Shown here in pieces: positions 19,446 to 32,870 of a stretch of 64,000 bases of DNA. Position 1 is the stretch's first letter. Each line of letters begins with the position of its first letter. The notes beneath the pieces were generated by a model. It ran no database searches. It saw only the letters and a program-made list of their open reading frames with translations, and had not been told where the DNA came from. Origin of the DNA: Eledone cirrhosa (Eukaryota); contig OZ024751.1 in the NCBI GenBank assembly GCA_964016885.1, forward strand, positions 50,034,001 through 50,098,000, in the 5' to 3' direction. The position numbers were made by a program, and so were the translations under genes.

Positions 19446-19533
19446 GGCTGCAGGTAGTGGCTTGATATTCATTTCAACAAACTTTCCAGTTAACATACAT
19501 CAATGACTGAGACTCAAAGAACAATAATAATAA

Positions 19534-19623
<90 letters not shown>
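18870..19623 (+). mobile_element. 5'-truncated R4/Dong-like non-LTR retrotransposon (RLE endonuclease end) in (TAA)n
   Basis: CCHC CRICGEREETVAHIVSEC, RHD, RPDLVV..IVDVACPFD..K..RY, PIVIGALG; flanked by (AAT)n on both sides. Confidence 0.85.
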
Positions 19624-19624
<1 letters not shown>

Positions 19625-19920
19625 CTGATACACAACAGTGATTACACAACACACAGAGAAAGTATTCACCATTCAACAACAAAATAACACAACTCACATT
19701 ACACACAATCTCCACAAAAACAACTAAAGATATTGAAATAACACCAGAAACAACAACAAAACAAAACAAAAAACAAAGCTACATTACACTGGGAATATTC
19801 TGCATCCTTACTCAACAAACGATAGAAATAGAAATGCAATGCTGTTGACACCCCAGGAGTATGGATATGTAGCTTATGATGCAGGAGACACTTGCATGAA
19901 ATTCTCGAGAACAGTTATTA

Positions 19921-20063
19921 ATAATGTTTTCTTTATTAACCACAAGAGTTGACATAAAGTATAACATTAAGGACAGCACAGGACCGTACAGGGTGGTACA
20001 GGACGGTACAGGGCGGTACAGGATGGCACAGGACGGTACAAATGAGCATTTCTACGTGTAAAG
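19921..20063 (-). mobile_element. Short 3' UTR-only copy of the Tx1 family, antisense
   Basis: Reverse complement of ttacacg.agaaatg..catttgtaccgtcctg...cttgtggttaataaagaaa, with an expanded 10-bp repeat. Confidence 0.8.
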
Positions 20064-20089
20064 GAAAAAAAAGCAAATGATAACTATAA

Positions 20090-20358
20090 TAATATGGAAA
20101 ATGAAAACAGAAACAATGCCTATAATAATAGGTGCTCTAGGAATGATAAAAACACACAGACAAATACATAACCAAAACCCCAGGACTTACAAATATATAC
20201 AACATACAAAAGATAGCACTACTAGGCACTACACACATATTACGAAAAGTACTATCAATACAATAGAAATAACATCAACAAAAACTACACTGCACATACC
20301 CAAAGTACACAGAGCTGTGCTCGGTAAAACAGTAATAATGCTCGATAAAAATAATAAT
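20090..20358 (+). mobile_element. Second R4/Dong-like 3' fragment (different family)
   Basis: WKMKTETMPIIIGALGMIK, then in a shifted frame IQKIALLGTTHILRKVL; ends in (AAT)n. Confidence 0.65.
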
Positions 20359-20376
20359 GGAAATATTAATAATAAT

Positions 20377-20559
20377 TGTTTCTACTTTTGGCACAAGGCC
20401 ACCAATTACCCAGTACATTACTGGTACTTTATTTTATCGACCCCGTAAGGATGAAAGGCAAAGTCAACCTTAGCGGGATTTGAACTCAGACCGTAAAGGG
20501 ACGTAAGTACGCTGGAAAGCATGGCGTCCGACTCTCTACCGATACTGCCAATCCACCGC
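20377..20559 (-). mobile_element. tRNA-derived SINE with Meta-type central domain
   Basis: Box A tggcagtatcggt, box B gagttcaaatccc, core catcct..cggggtcgataaaataaagtaccag; TSD gaaatattaataataat. Confidence 0.85.
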
Positions 20560-20751
20560 GAAATATTAATAATAATGACAATAATAATGAGCAATACTTC
20601 ATTTATAACAACAGCTGTTAATATTATTATTTTGCTTGCCTTTTGTCTAAATAATATTCAATGTTTTCAAGATTAAACTAAAATGTTCATGTTTACAGAA
20701 GATGTTGAGAGTTAAAGAATTCGTTTTTCATTTTAGTGGCTAAATAAAAGA

Positions 20752-20818
<67 letters not shown>

Positions 20819-21034
20819 GAATGCCATGGTTGATGGAGGCTCGGCTCTGTAAGGTATTGTAAATTTTAACCGCTATAACAATTGTAAACTGTTTAAAACT
20901 TTAACCAAATTGTAGAAAAAAACACCCTCCCCCTCGTGAGAGGGGTCTTTCTGCCCGTTATTTGGCCCTTCGGGGTTAAATAACCGCTTATTGGGGTTTT
21001 GTGCCCAATATTTATTTTAAACCAAAAAAAAAAC

Positions 21035-23169
21035 ATGGCTACAAAAAAGAATTTTCACAAGTCACTCCTACTCATTCCGTCTTCTTCTTCCTCAATCGTC
21101 ACTACACCAGAGAGAAGATTGTCTCTCTCCCTCCCTTCTCTAAATGTGTCTCTCTCCCTCCCTTCTCTTTCGCAAGCGACGCCAGTAAAGAAAAATAGTT
21201 TCCAAAATCACGTGCAAAACGTGGAACATTTCTCCACCACGACGACAACGACGAAAAAGGTGTGCGGTAAATACGAAAGCCCATTTCATTCTTCTGACGT
21301 CATGAATAATAGCAGTAGCAGCGGTAATAACAGCAGCAGCAGCAACAGTGGCAAGGAAAACAACAGTAGCAGCCGCAACAGCATCAGCAGCAGCATAAAC
21401 AACAACAGCATTAGCAGCAACAGCAACAACAACAACAGCAGTAGCAGCAACAACAACAACAACAACCACAGCAATAGCGGCGGAGGCAGTAGTCGTAGTA
21501 CCAGCAGCAACAACAAAAGTAACAGCAGCTCTGACGACGACAACAACAACAACAACAAAGAAAAACCAATCTCGTTTGCAGGTATCGCAAAGAACCTGGA
21601 AACCAACCTTATAACAAATGAGGAATTACAGGAAGCAAAGAAGATGCAATCTGCAAGGCAGCCGAAAAAGTTTTCGAAGCCCAACGTTTTCGAAGCACTG
21701 TACGGTCACGTACCGTACAGTAAGCACAAAATCCCGTAGGGTTGAAAGAGCCACAGAGGCTCAAATACAAAAAGCCTTAGGGTCTGTGTGGCAGCGAAAA
21801 ACGCATATCACCCGAGGCAAGAAATATGCCACCGTAGACGTGCTTTTTGCCACACCCCAGGAGGCAAAGGCTCAATCCTTAGTGACCCTAAGGAGCGAGG
21901 AAATGCTGTTGGTGCCCTCCTACTGCGGGCAAAAAATTGTGAGGGTCAAACTGACCCACGTCACCCCCGGGATGGCCCCTTCTTGGCTGGCCGCGTCTGT
22001 CCTCGTCGGAATCGAGGACAAAACAACTGTACTGCAAGTACAGAAAAAAGTAAGAGAAGATTGGGTCGGCACCTCCATTGAGATGTTAATCCAAACCCAC
22101 CAGGAGTGCATCGAAGCTATCCCGGATGTGATAGACTTCGATAACGGCACTCAACTGCCCATAAGTGTTGAGGGCAAACGCCCGAAATGCATTCGCTGTG
22201 GCTCGAAGACTCACCTCAGGGCCTTCTGCAACGAGAAGACCCTGAGAAAGGAGAAAACCCCCTTCTTCCGATACCGGCTCCACTGCTACCAGCAACAGCA
22301 CAAGCGGCAACCAGGAACGATAGGTCCGTGGCACCCATACCCACGCCACGGAAATCAAGAACAGCAGCAGCAGTGGAATTATTAACAACAACAGTAATAC
22401 CAAATGCAGCTGCAACAGAGACTCCACTGCAAACATCACCAACAAGAACAAGTGAAAGAGTGGATCTGGTACCCCTCCCCGACCTCACAGAATCAGACAT
22501 GGAGTGTGAGGTGGGAGAGGGATGGCAAAAGGCCGTAAGAAGGCACAAACGCAGAAGCAGCGCATCATCACCTTCGAAAAGGGAGGAAAGAAATGAAAAA
22601 AGGGTAAAGGCTACTGCAAAGAGACTCACAGCAGCAACACCACCAACACCATCACCACCCACACTAACACTACCATCACCACCGGCGACAACCCCACCGC
22701 CAACAACAACAACACCTTCAACACCACCACCACAAGGACCAACATCGCAAACACAACAACAAAACACACACACCCAGCAACAACGAAAAGAAAATAGCAG
22801 AACCACACACCCCCCCAGAAAAACAAATGCACGGCAATAAATACACACAACAAGAAACTAATGACTTACATAATTGAACACACAGACATTTCACAGCACG
22901 ACTACATAATACCAGCACCAATCAAAACACCAACGAACATAAGACTGGTGAGAATTACACAGAAACAATGCACAAACATTAAAACGAAATTCCCCAACGC
23001 AGTTGGTGATTTCAGAGAACTAGGAGGGACTCTCAACCCCAGAGTATATTCGGACATACTCATAGAAGAGCCGACGACCAGCCGAAGGGACGATTCAACG
23101 CTCCCTTCACCAGACGATCAAGTGAAAAGGGATGGAGAAACCATCCTTCCTCTACGAAAAGTATGGTAA
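21035..23169 (+). pseudogene. Frameshifted ORF1
   Basis: Split across ORFs 20999, 21618, 22187 and 22861. Confidence 0.85.
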
Positions 23170-23204
23170 GTGGTCTTTCCCATCTTTTCCACTCCATTTT
23201 AAAC

Positions 23205-26200
23205 ATGACTCACTCAGAATAGGCAGCATAAATGCGCGTGGATTGGGGTCGTCATAGAAGCAGTGTCAACTGCTGAACGACCTCAGGTCACTAAACATAG
23301 ATGTAGTAGCCATCAGCGAGACCAGAATCTCCGAAGCACGGGCCTTCGCACCGGCCTTCTGTGGCTACGATGTGTACGCATCTCCCAGCCGTCCTGGATC
23401 GGGGGGGAGGAGTTGCTGTGCTTTTTCGAAGAGGTTTGGATCTCGCCATACGGGCCATCTTCCTGGACCCAGAGGGTAAGTTGGTGGTGCTGGACGTTAC
23501 CAGCGGAGACGGGCAAGCTTTCAGGCTAGTGGCCATCTATGCCCCGACAGGAGCAGGGCGGCCTGATTTCTTCCGGCGTCTGGAGACCTTTCTTGGAACG
23601 TCCCGCTCTTTAGAGTTAGTGGGCGACTGGAACGGGATCTTAGATGCACGCTGGGACTGTGTGGGATTAGTGGATAGGGGTGGAGGGTGCAAGAGCCGCA
23701 CCAACTTGCTCAGGCGTTTTGAACTGTCTGACAGGTACCGATTGGATTTCCCGAATGTGCCAATGTGGACTTGGACAAATTGCATAGGGTCATCCAGATC
23801 ATATCTAGATAGAGTATTGTGTAGGGAAATAGATAGGTCTAGCATAGGCTGTCCACAATTCAAGATAGTCAGTTACACGGACCACAAATTCGTGATCTGT
23901 GTGCTTGACTTAGATAGGCTTCATAGACGAGGTCCCGGCTACAGGAAGCTAAACGCGTCCTTACCAGCGCGCAATGCCTACAGAGACCGGATTAGCGAAC
24001 TAGTTAAGCGGGCGTTGACGGGGGCCATCGTCAACAACAAGTGGTGGTTTGCTCTGAAAAGAGCGATTAGAATAGAATCCAATAGGTTTAGTAAGGCTTT
24101 AGCAATAGAGAAAAATAGAGCAGAAGGAGAATTAGTTAGAAAATTAGACGAGGCGCTTAGCAAAGGCATCGCGACGGACGTGCTTGCGGCAAAATTGGCC
24201 CTTGACCAATTCTTCAATGCAAAGCACGAAGGCTGCGTTGTCAGAGCTAGGGTGCTTGCTCTCAGACACGAGGGGACGAAAGCCGTTTAATGGGCCCGAG
24301 TGGCGGAGGCGCGTCGTGGCAACAAAGCCACGATCCGGTCTTTGGTGGACCACGACGGGCGCATGCTACTCGATCCCGGGCAAATGTGTGAAGCTTTTTA
24401 GCGACACTTCGCTCAGCTGTTCGGGGGCAGCGGTGGGCCGGGTGGAGGGATGGACTTTAGTGTCTACCTCGACGGACTGCCGCGGCTCTCGGTCACTGAG
24501 GCGGAGTGTTGCGAAAAGCCGATAACAGCCGCTGAAGTACGGGAGGCAATGACTGGCTGCACAAGGGGTAAATCGCCTGGTTTGGATGGTCTGCCCTATG
24601 AACTTTACGTACAGATGCCAGACTTGTTCGGAGGCCTCTTGGCGGACGTCTACTGCAACTGGCAGCAGAACGGGAGAATTCCCAGCTCTGTAAGCCGAGG
24701 AGCGGTGGCACTGCTGAGAAAGGATCCGAACAAGGGGGATAACATAGATAATTTCAGGCCCATAACTCTGCTAAACACAGAGTTCAAGATTTTGACCAAT
24801 GTGCTGGCAAAAAGGTTGGCGCTTGTCGTTGGTGGTCTGGTGGGAAAGGCACAGACATGCGCCATTCCCGACAGATCCATCCACGACAACCTCCACCTCA
24901 TGCGATACATCGTAGAGAGGGTAGCTAGGGAACCTGGCACGGGTGGGTCCTTGATCAATTTAGATCAGTCGAAAGCTTTCGATAGGGTCGACCATCGTTA
25001 CCTAGGGGCAGTCCTGAGGGCAGCTGGCTTTAGGCCCGTCTTCAGAGGCTGGATCGCTGCCATGCACAGCGACATCTGCTCTGTGTGAGAGTGAATGGTC
25101 ACCTTTCGGAACCGTTCAACATCATGCGCTCGGTCCGCCAAGGATGTCCCCTCTCGTCCCTCTTGTACTTATTGACTCTCGAGCCATTACTGCACAAACT
25201 GGAGACGTTGAGGGGCATTCCGCGCGAACTAGGATGCGGAAGATCCATGTCAGCATATGCGGACGTTGTCACCGTAGTGGTGTCGAACGCCAAACACATC
25301 GAGGCGATCGGCACTAAGAGAATACGAAGCGGTGACAGGAGCAATGATCAACCAGGAAAAGTCAGTGGGCCTGCAGCTCGGCACCTGGAGAGGCAGGTCC
25401 ATGCCGTCCAACAGCGTCGTCGGACGCTGGACGGGCGGACCGGTTAAATTGCTAGGGTCTGGTTCGGTCCGGATCTCCAGACGGACAAAAACTGGGACGA
25501 GGTGACGAGCAGGTTGGCTTCTCTCACCCATAAATGGGCCGAGAGGAAGCTATCCCTGAAAGGTCGAGCGAAGGTGGCTAACACGTACATCGCGTCTGTC
25601 ATCTGCTACCGCCTGACCGTCGTATCTTGTCCTAAGCCCCGCCTGACTGCACTGGAGCGTTTTCTCTTTCGATTTTTGTGGAAGGGACGCGCTCCGATGA
25701 TCAGGCGGTCCATCTGCTGTCAACATCCGCTACGTGGAGTGCTGGGCATGCCGTGGCTGATGATGCGCAGACACGCGCTCAGGCTACGACATCACCTCTT
25801 CCTTGACGGTGATCAGGTGTGGTCGCCGTTTGCTAGACACGTATTTCCCCAGCTCGTTTCCTTGACGGAGCTGCATTCCTGGGTCAAGCGAAGACCGAGA
25901 GGGAGCGCCTGGAGACTGGAATGTCTTCAGGCGCTCACAGCCCTCGACCAGTCGGGTAATGTGATCGGTGGAAACTCCACCTCGGCGTTCTATAGAGGAT
26001 TAGTGGAGGGGAAGAGCGACGACTTACTTGGGGAAACTCCAGGCGTCGACGAAAATCAACTAGCCAATCTCTTCGGAAGAACTTTCGGGCCGGGACCTAT
26101 GGACAACTTCCAGAAATCTCTGGCTTGGCAGTGCTACCGAGGAGCCTTGCCAGTTCGGTATAAACTCTACAGGCATGGAGGTGCCGTCAACCGGGCATGT

Positions 26201-26597
26201 CCGAGATGAGCGCAGGGCGACGAAACCGTCCTGCACGCACTCGTCCAGTGTCCGAAAATTGCTGACTTGTGGGTTTATGTCGAACACCTGCTGTCGCGTG
26301 TAGGACGGATCCGGCTATCATCTGAGTTCATCGTGAGGATTGCCCCGCCCTCTTCCTTTAGCCGGGAAGGGCAGGTAGTTTTTATCTGTCTGGTGGCCAT
26401 AGCGAAAGAGATAGTATAGTGGACATGTTTGAAAGGGCTGAAGACGAGCACTTACCTCTTCGGTGATGCCCTGATTGACTTTTTCAAATTTCATTTGAAA
26501 AGGAAAATCAGAGTAGAGAGGGAAGTGCTCTCTTCCCAGCATTTTGTTGAAAGATGGGTGAGAGAAGCAAGAATGGCTCGTGAGTACGTATATGTAA
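23205..26597 (+). pseudogene. Disrupted ORF2
   Basis: Split across ORFs 23361, 24450, 25085 and 25502; in-frame TAG/TAA/TGA stops. Confidence 0.9.
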
Positions 26598-27237
26598 ATT
26601 AAAGGTGGAAAACTGGGAGAGGGCACTTGCCTTGGTGGTCAGGGTCACTGTGGCCTTTTACTGGGCTTTCTCCACAAATGTCCCTCCGAAGTCTCCCCCC
26701 TATTGGGGAATTTTTCATTGTTATTTTTTTGTTACATCCTCTGTTTTTGTTTTTTACACGCAGAAATGCCCATTAGTACCGTCCTGTATTGTCCTGCACT
26801 GTCCTTAATGTCTACTTTATGTAAACCCTTGTGGTTAATAAAGAAATCATTATTATTTTTATTATTATCATTATTATTATTAGTGTTAATGTGGTTTTTT
26901 GTTATATTTGCTGTTGTTATTGTTGAGATTGTTGTTGTTGTTGATGTTCTTGGCATGTTCATCATCATCATCTTTGTAATCATCATCATCATCACCATCA
27001 TCATCATCCTAATCACCATCATCATCAGCATCAGCGGAAATAGAAAATTGTAAATATATGGAGATTTTAGTAGTGTCGATGAAGGATACGATATGTATGT
27101 GACTAGAGAGAAAAATGTAATTTATTGAAAAAGAATATACAATATTACAGAGACACCTAGGCACATACACACACACACGCGCGCACACACTCACGCACAC
27201 ACACCTAGGCACATACACACACACACGCGCGCACACA

Positions 27238-27320
<83 letters not shown>

Positions 27321-27446
27321 GTAGGAGTTGAGTTTTATTGTAGTACAATAAAGCAATGCAGATATCGGATAAGAAGCACTCTACAGTTTGAAGGACTGGG
27401 GTGTACATAATATATAAGATCAAAAGATGGTTAAATGAGTTCCATG

Positions 27447-27517
27447 TATTTTATTATGCGCATTTCAAAAACAAATATCATCATGCAATAACATTTGTGT
27501 TTTCATCATATAAAATA
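27447..27517 (-). ncRNA. Hammerhead copy with mutated core (AUGAUGA)
   Basis: Mirror of 27984-28054 with C3>A. Confidence 0.55.
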
Positions 27518-27983
27518 GGACATGATATGAAGGTTAAAAACACTGGTGGATAGTGTAGTTTTAAATCAACATATGAAAAGTAGTTTTAGATTGATGTGTG
27601 ATATTGGGGAAAACATTTTTTTAGGGGGGGGGGGGATGAAAAAGAGGAGGAGATGAGAGTAAAAAGGGGAGGGGGAGGAGTATAATGAGGAAGGATGAGA
27701 TAGGAGGAGAGATGGCTGATAGAGAGAGAGAGAGAGATTTTATAACTGAGTTATCTCTCTCCCTCTATCAGCCATCTCTCCTCCTATCTCATCCTTCCTC
27801 ATTATACTCCTCCCCCTCCACTTTTTACTCTCATCTCCTCCTCTTTTTCATCCTTTCCAACCTCCTCCCCCTCAAAAAAAAATGTTTTCCCCAATATCAC
27901 ACATCAATCTAAAACTACTTTTCATATGTTGATTTAAAACTGCACTATCCACCAGTGTTTTTAACCTTCATATCATGTCCTTC

Positions 27984-28054
27984 TATTTTATCTGATGAAA
28001 ACACAAATGTTATTGCATGATGATATTTGTTTTTGAAATGCGCATAATAAAATA
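27984..28054 (+). ncRNA. Minimal type I hammerhead ribozyme
   Basis: Stem I tattttat/ataaaata, CTGATGA, long stem II, GAAA, palindromic stem III atgcgcat, AUA triplet. Confidence 0.8.
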
Positions 28055-28091
28055 CATGGAACTCATTTAACCATCTTTTGATCTTATATAT

Positions 28092-28153
<62 letters not shown>

Positions 28154-28161
28154 CATATATA

Positions 28162-28226
<65 letters not shown>

Positions 28227-29540
28227 TATATATAGAAGTGGTTACACAACAGTTAGTTCACCATACCGAGAACAATTGTTTCACCTTAGCGGAGCCTCAG
28301 CTATATATATATATATACCCTTTTTGCCTTCTTGTGTGTGTGTATACACACAGAAATACGCATACACTTGTACATAAATAGATACATATCTAATTTAGTT
28401 CTAAAAGCGATTTGCCTGCAACATTCTGTCATGATTTCAGATTTTATATTTTCTTGCGCTATTTTGTTTTCCCTATTATTTACACTCTTTGCAATTTTAC
28501 TTGGAAATATTTGGTTTCAATTTATTCCTTTCAAATTTCGAGCAATTTTAATTATGTTTATTGCATCGTCACGTCACTGGAGACTGATAACTTTGAGTTC
28601 GGCTTTGCTTCATTCCTAGCAATAATAACTTATTATTAATTCTCAACTCAGAGCCTTCTTTTTATGTAATTAAGTCTTATCGGTTAAAACGAAAGTATGC
28701 AAATAAAGTAAATCAATTTTGTTGTATGTGGTTCCATTATTCCAGTATATGAAGCCATTATAAATTGAGAAACATGGACGATCACATACAAACATTTAGT
28801 TTATTTAACAAATCGTTATATGAAATAATAATGTATGTCTATGTATCTAGTACTGACAGGAAAATATTGCACAGCTCTGATGGTACAGCAACAGCATGGC
28901 CTTAGCTACGATGGCTTACAAAAATAACTAAAGAACTGATGAATATATATATATGCAAACAAGAACAAAGAAATAAACATATATACATCTAAATATTTAC
29001 AAATCGTTAGTTCAATATATTTTTATCTCTGCTTACTATTGAATACATGCCAGTTAAAACATCTCTTGATCTCATCCGCCATATTCTTTTTGAAATATTG
29101 AAATATGCTTGAATTATTTATTCATGTATTAATCTATAGATTTTATATCACATTTTGTAAAGAATAATTAAATTGCTCATCTGGGATGAGTATATTGTAG
29201 TCAATTCTCCAGGCCACTCCTGGTCTCTCCGTGATAATAATTAAAGGGGAGATAACAGACGAATTCCATTTCATGCTGGGCGCAATTGAGATATATGGTC
29301 ACCTATGTCGCCGACTGCCACTGTCCTCCACCAAATCAGGATTAGAGCTTTGTGGCTCAGGCCGAAATGCCATGAGAAGTAATGATTGATGCAGCTGATA
29401 TCACTGGTTGTTTTAGTGGCAAAGGACTTTCTATAAAGTCTTTGGTCTTCCTTTGAATATACTGTCCAATTGCAGCTATGCTATGCAACTTTGGTTGTGT
29501 GGTGTGCTGGTAGTTTCATTTACTTTGCTGTGTATGTTTG

Positions 29541-29576
<36 letters not shown>

Positions 29577-29580
<4 letters not shown>

Positions 29581-29722
29581 CAATTTAGTAATCAATTACA
29601 ATTATTAAGCTCTAAGAAAATACTTCTGAGCATTACATTACAATTTTTTAAAAAATTGTAATGTAATGCTCAGAAGTATTTTCTTAGAGCTTAATAATTG
29701 TAATTGACTACTAAATTTAAAT
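29577..29722. repeat. Near-perfect ~146 bp palindrome with no spacer
   Basis: Centre caatttttt|aaaaaattg; two mismatches seen; abuts (TA)n. Confidence 0.85.
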
Positions 29723-30071
29723 AAATCTGCTCCTTTGGTAGAGCTGAATTCATAATCCCATATTTACGGCTGTTATTTCTAGCGCCGTGGATATGAGCCA
29801 GAATGCTGAGAAGGTCGTGTGCAAAAGCACATGTATTAGGCTTGCGACAGATCTATCTTAAGAGAAGTAATTATAATTTCTGGGTGCCTATTGAAAATCA
29901 CAGAAAGTTGATTACTTCACTAGGCACCAGGCAGTTGCCATTCTACGTCTGTAAGTATAGATTTAATATTTAATATTTGCTAGATCGATACACGCGGACT
30001 GTATGTACTTGAATTAAGGTATTTCTATCTGGTTAAAAATTATTGTCATTTTTTTTTTTTTTTAAATTGTA

Positions 30072-30185
<114 letters not shown>

Positions 30186-30437
30186 GAATGTGGTATGTCA
30201 ACGGACAACTTCGTTACTTACAGGATTCTAATGTTTCTACCACTTCACTGGTTCACTTCATTTCCGAGTGAAAGAAAAGACAGAAGAATGTTTATGTATC
30301 TCTTGCAGAATAAATACCACAGAGCTTTGTTTCAGAGTACTGACATAAATGAGGATATCTCATGGATATCTCATGATCCCGTGATACAGACATACAAATA
30401 TACATTTATATCCAAACAGTCACACATACATATATAT

Positions 30438-30495
<58 letters not shown>

Positions 30496-30589
30496 CGTTA
30501 TTCTGGGTTGAATCGGAGGTAACCTCAGTAAGTAAGGTACTCAATACATTGCAGAGTATAAAAGTTTTAATATAGATGTGATTCTACAG

Positions 30590-30628
30590 GACTAGAACTG
30601 TTTCATTCTTTAGAAATCATCAGTAATC
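30590..30628 (-). ncRNA. Degenerate minimal hammerhead
   Basis: gatta-CTGATGA-tttctaaagaat-GAAA-cagt-TC-tagtc; stem III poor. Confidence 0.5.
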
Positions 30629-31462
30629 TGGATAGCAAAAAATAAGTATGGTATTTATAGGTCTCTTCAGGTGGTAGGAGAGGGTAGGGAGTGGGATGGG
30701 TGGAGGTCATTGGTTGATAGAAAAGGGAATTCATTAAAAGCTAATTCTTCAAAGCTATAGTTTATTTTTAGAGTAACAAAGGCAGAAAGAATTCTATACA
30801 CAAGTTCAGGATGGGGTGCCACTCCTTATTTTTAAGTTTCTCTTAAGCTAACAGGTGTCTATAAGATCATTGGGGGTCAGTCAAGGTTGATGGATTTAAA
30901 GAAAAGGCAGATTCTTTAAAAGCTAAATTCTTTAAGGTTCTACTAAGTGACAAAGGCCTAGAGAATTCTGTAGACCAATTCAAAATATTGAGTGCATATC
31001 ATACAATTATCTTCAAATTTCTCTTAAACTATTCAATTATATGCCTAAAATCAACAGACACATTCACAAACACACCCACTCACACACTCGCGCGCACCCA
31101 CATACACCCACACATACATATATACATATATATATATATATTTATACATATATATATATACACATACACACATACATATACATATATATACACACACACA
31201 CACATATATATATACACACATACACACACATACATATATACATATATATATATACATAGTATTAGTTATACTATTTATGGTTATGTAAACACAAAACCTT
31301 AAGCAGTTGTAAGTATTTTACACACACCCTAAATAGTGGTAGGCAGTAATGTATTACTACCTTATTACCAGTAAGTTAACTAGCTCAATGTAAAAACATC
31401 AGATGATTTACAGAGCAGTTATATGAAATATAAGAATCAAAGAACTGTTCAAAACATTATTG

Positions 31463-31509
31463 TGCTTACAGCTGTTTCCTCCAAACCGAGGTTTGGATTC
31501 TTCGGAGCA
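31463..31509 (-). ncRNA. Minimal hammerhead, CCGAAGA core variant
   Basis: Mirror of 35744-35790. Confidence 0.65.
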
Positions 31510-32870
31510 ATTTATTAATGCATGGACAGTTATATGACCTCCTTTTCAGTCGAGAGACATACCAATACATATTCAAACATTGATACATATTCAAACATTG
31601 AGGGTCAACATTCATTACAGAATTTAGAGTGGCAGTACACACTTTGAGATTACATTTATATTAATAGGTACAATCAAAAATCAAGGATATAGGTTAAAGT
31701 ACAACATGAAGATAAGTGGTTATATAGTGCAAATGTTATATGTGTGGCACGCATGTGCGTCTTGTTTATATAGTGTGGCAGAGAGATATGTGTGGTAGAG
31801 GCACTTAGGTAGGTAAATAAGAGTGTTAGGTTGGTAGATCTGGTGGCAAAGTCTTTATATGATTGATATAGTCTGTGTGTGGAGAAATATTATAAGCATT
31901 AAAGATAGTGCAAGCATTAAAAGTGTTATAAGTATTGGAGATGCGCAGCGCAGGGATGTCAAGTAATTCATGTACTTCGGCATTTTCATGGTCAAGGGAG
32001 TGTATATTTCGATTATATGCCTTTCACATAATCCACGACAATCCAGTTAGAGATCGTAGTCTGGTGTTCTTTAGTTCGATACAGGAGGTTGTTACGTTTC
32101 GAGAAACGCCATTGAATACCGGAAGTGTGTGTGTGGCTAAGGGGAGTTAATGCATGCGGGGAGGTAACTCTGGGGTTTCTATATCTAGCCATTAAAATGT
32201 GTCCCAATATAGACCCTAAATTCTATGGTGAGGTGCACCTTCCAAGAGAGACTTTTAAAGCATATAGTGTACTAACTATAGAGTAGTATAACTAAATTAT
32301 GCTGAAGGTGATCATATTATTATTAAGGTGGATTAACCCATCTTAAGGTGCTACAAATGGAAATTATAGATGATGAGCGAGGATTCTAAATTAATGATCT
32401 CTGTGGTTGTAGTCTGCTCATATGACCAGGCGCGGTGATTGCAGGATTGCTTCAGGACCCAATGATCTCTGGTAAGATCTGGGTCATCGCTTGCTACATT
32501 GGATGTCGAAAGGTAATCGTCCCCAGGCAGGCCAAAGGTCAATCCGCAGTCCTCGCGACCCCTCTCTGACCGTCAGATCATCCATATACGTACAACCCGC
32601 ACGGCAGTTGCATTGCATTCACTCACTGCGCTCAGCAGCCCGGTCCTACAGGTCAACAGCGCTACTCGATTAAATCATTTTACATCTGTCTAAGGAAGGT
32701 GTTTCCTCTGCCCAACACCATCCAACCGATCAATTCATGCTCAAATTACCCTTAGAGCGGTGTAGTGCCGTCCAAGTGGGTGGATGTTGTCACATCTGCC
32801 GTAGAGGTATAAATGGGTATTTTCCCTGCGAAGGGTTCCAGAGGGCTGTCGTTGTTTGTGTTATAATGGA

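Larger units (their letters stand above)
20819..26848 (+). mobile_element. Tx1 copy 4, full length but inactivated
   Basis: Same termini in (ATT)n; multiple stops and frameshifts; YADD>YADV. Confidence 0.93.
27407..28094. mobile_element. Fold-back element (~340 bp arms), PLE terminal-repeat derivative with hammerheads
   Basis: Arms are reverse complements; the right arm abuts (TA)n and the left arm continues ~85 bp to (TA)n. Confidence 0.75.
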
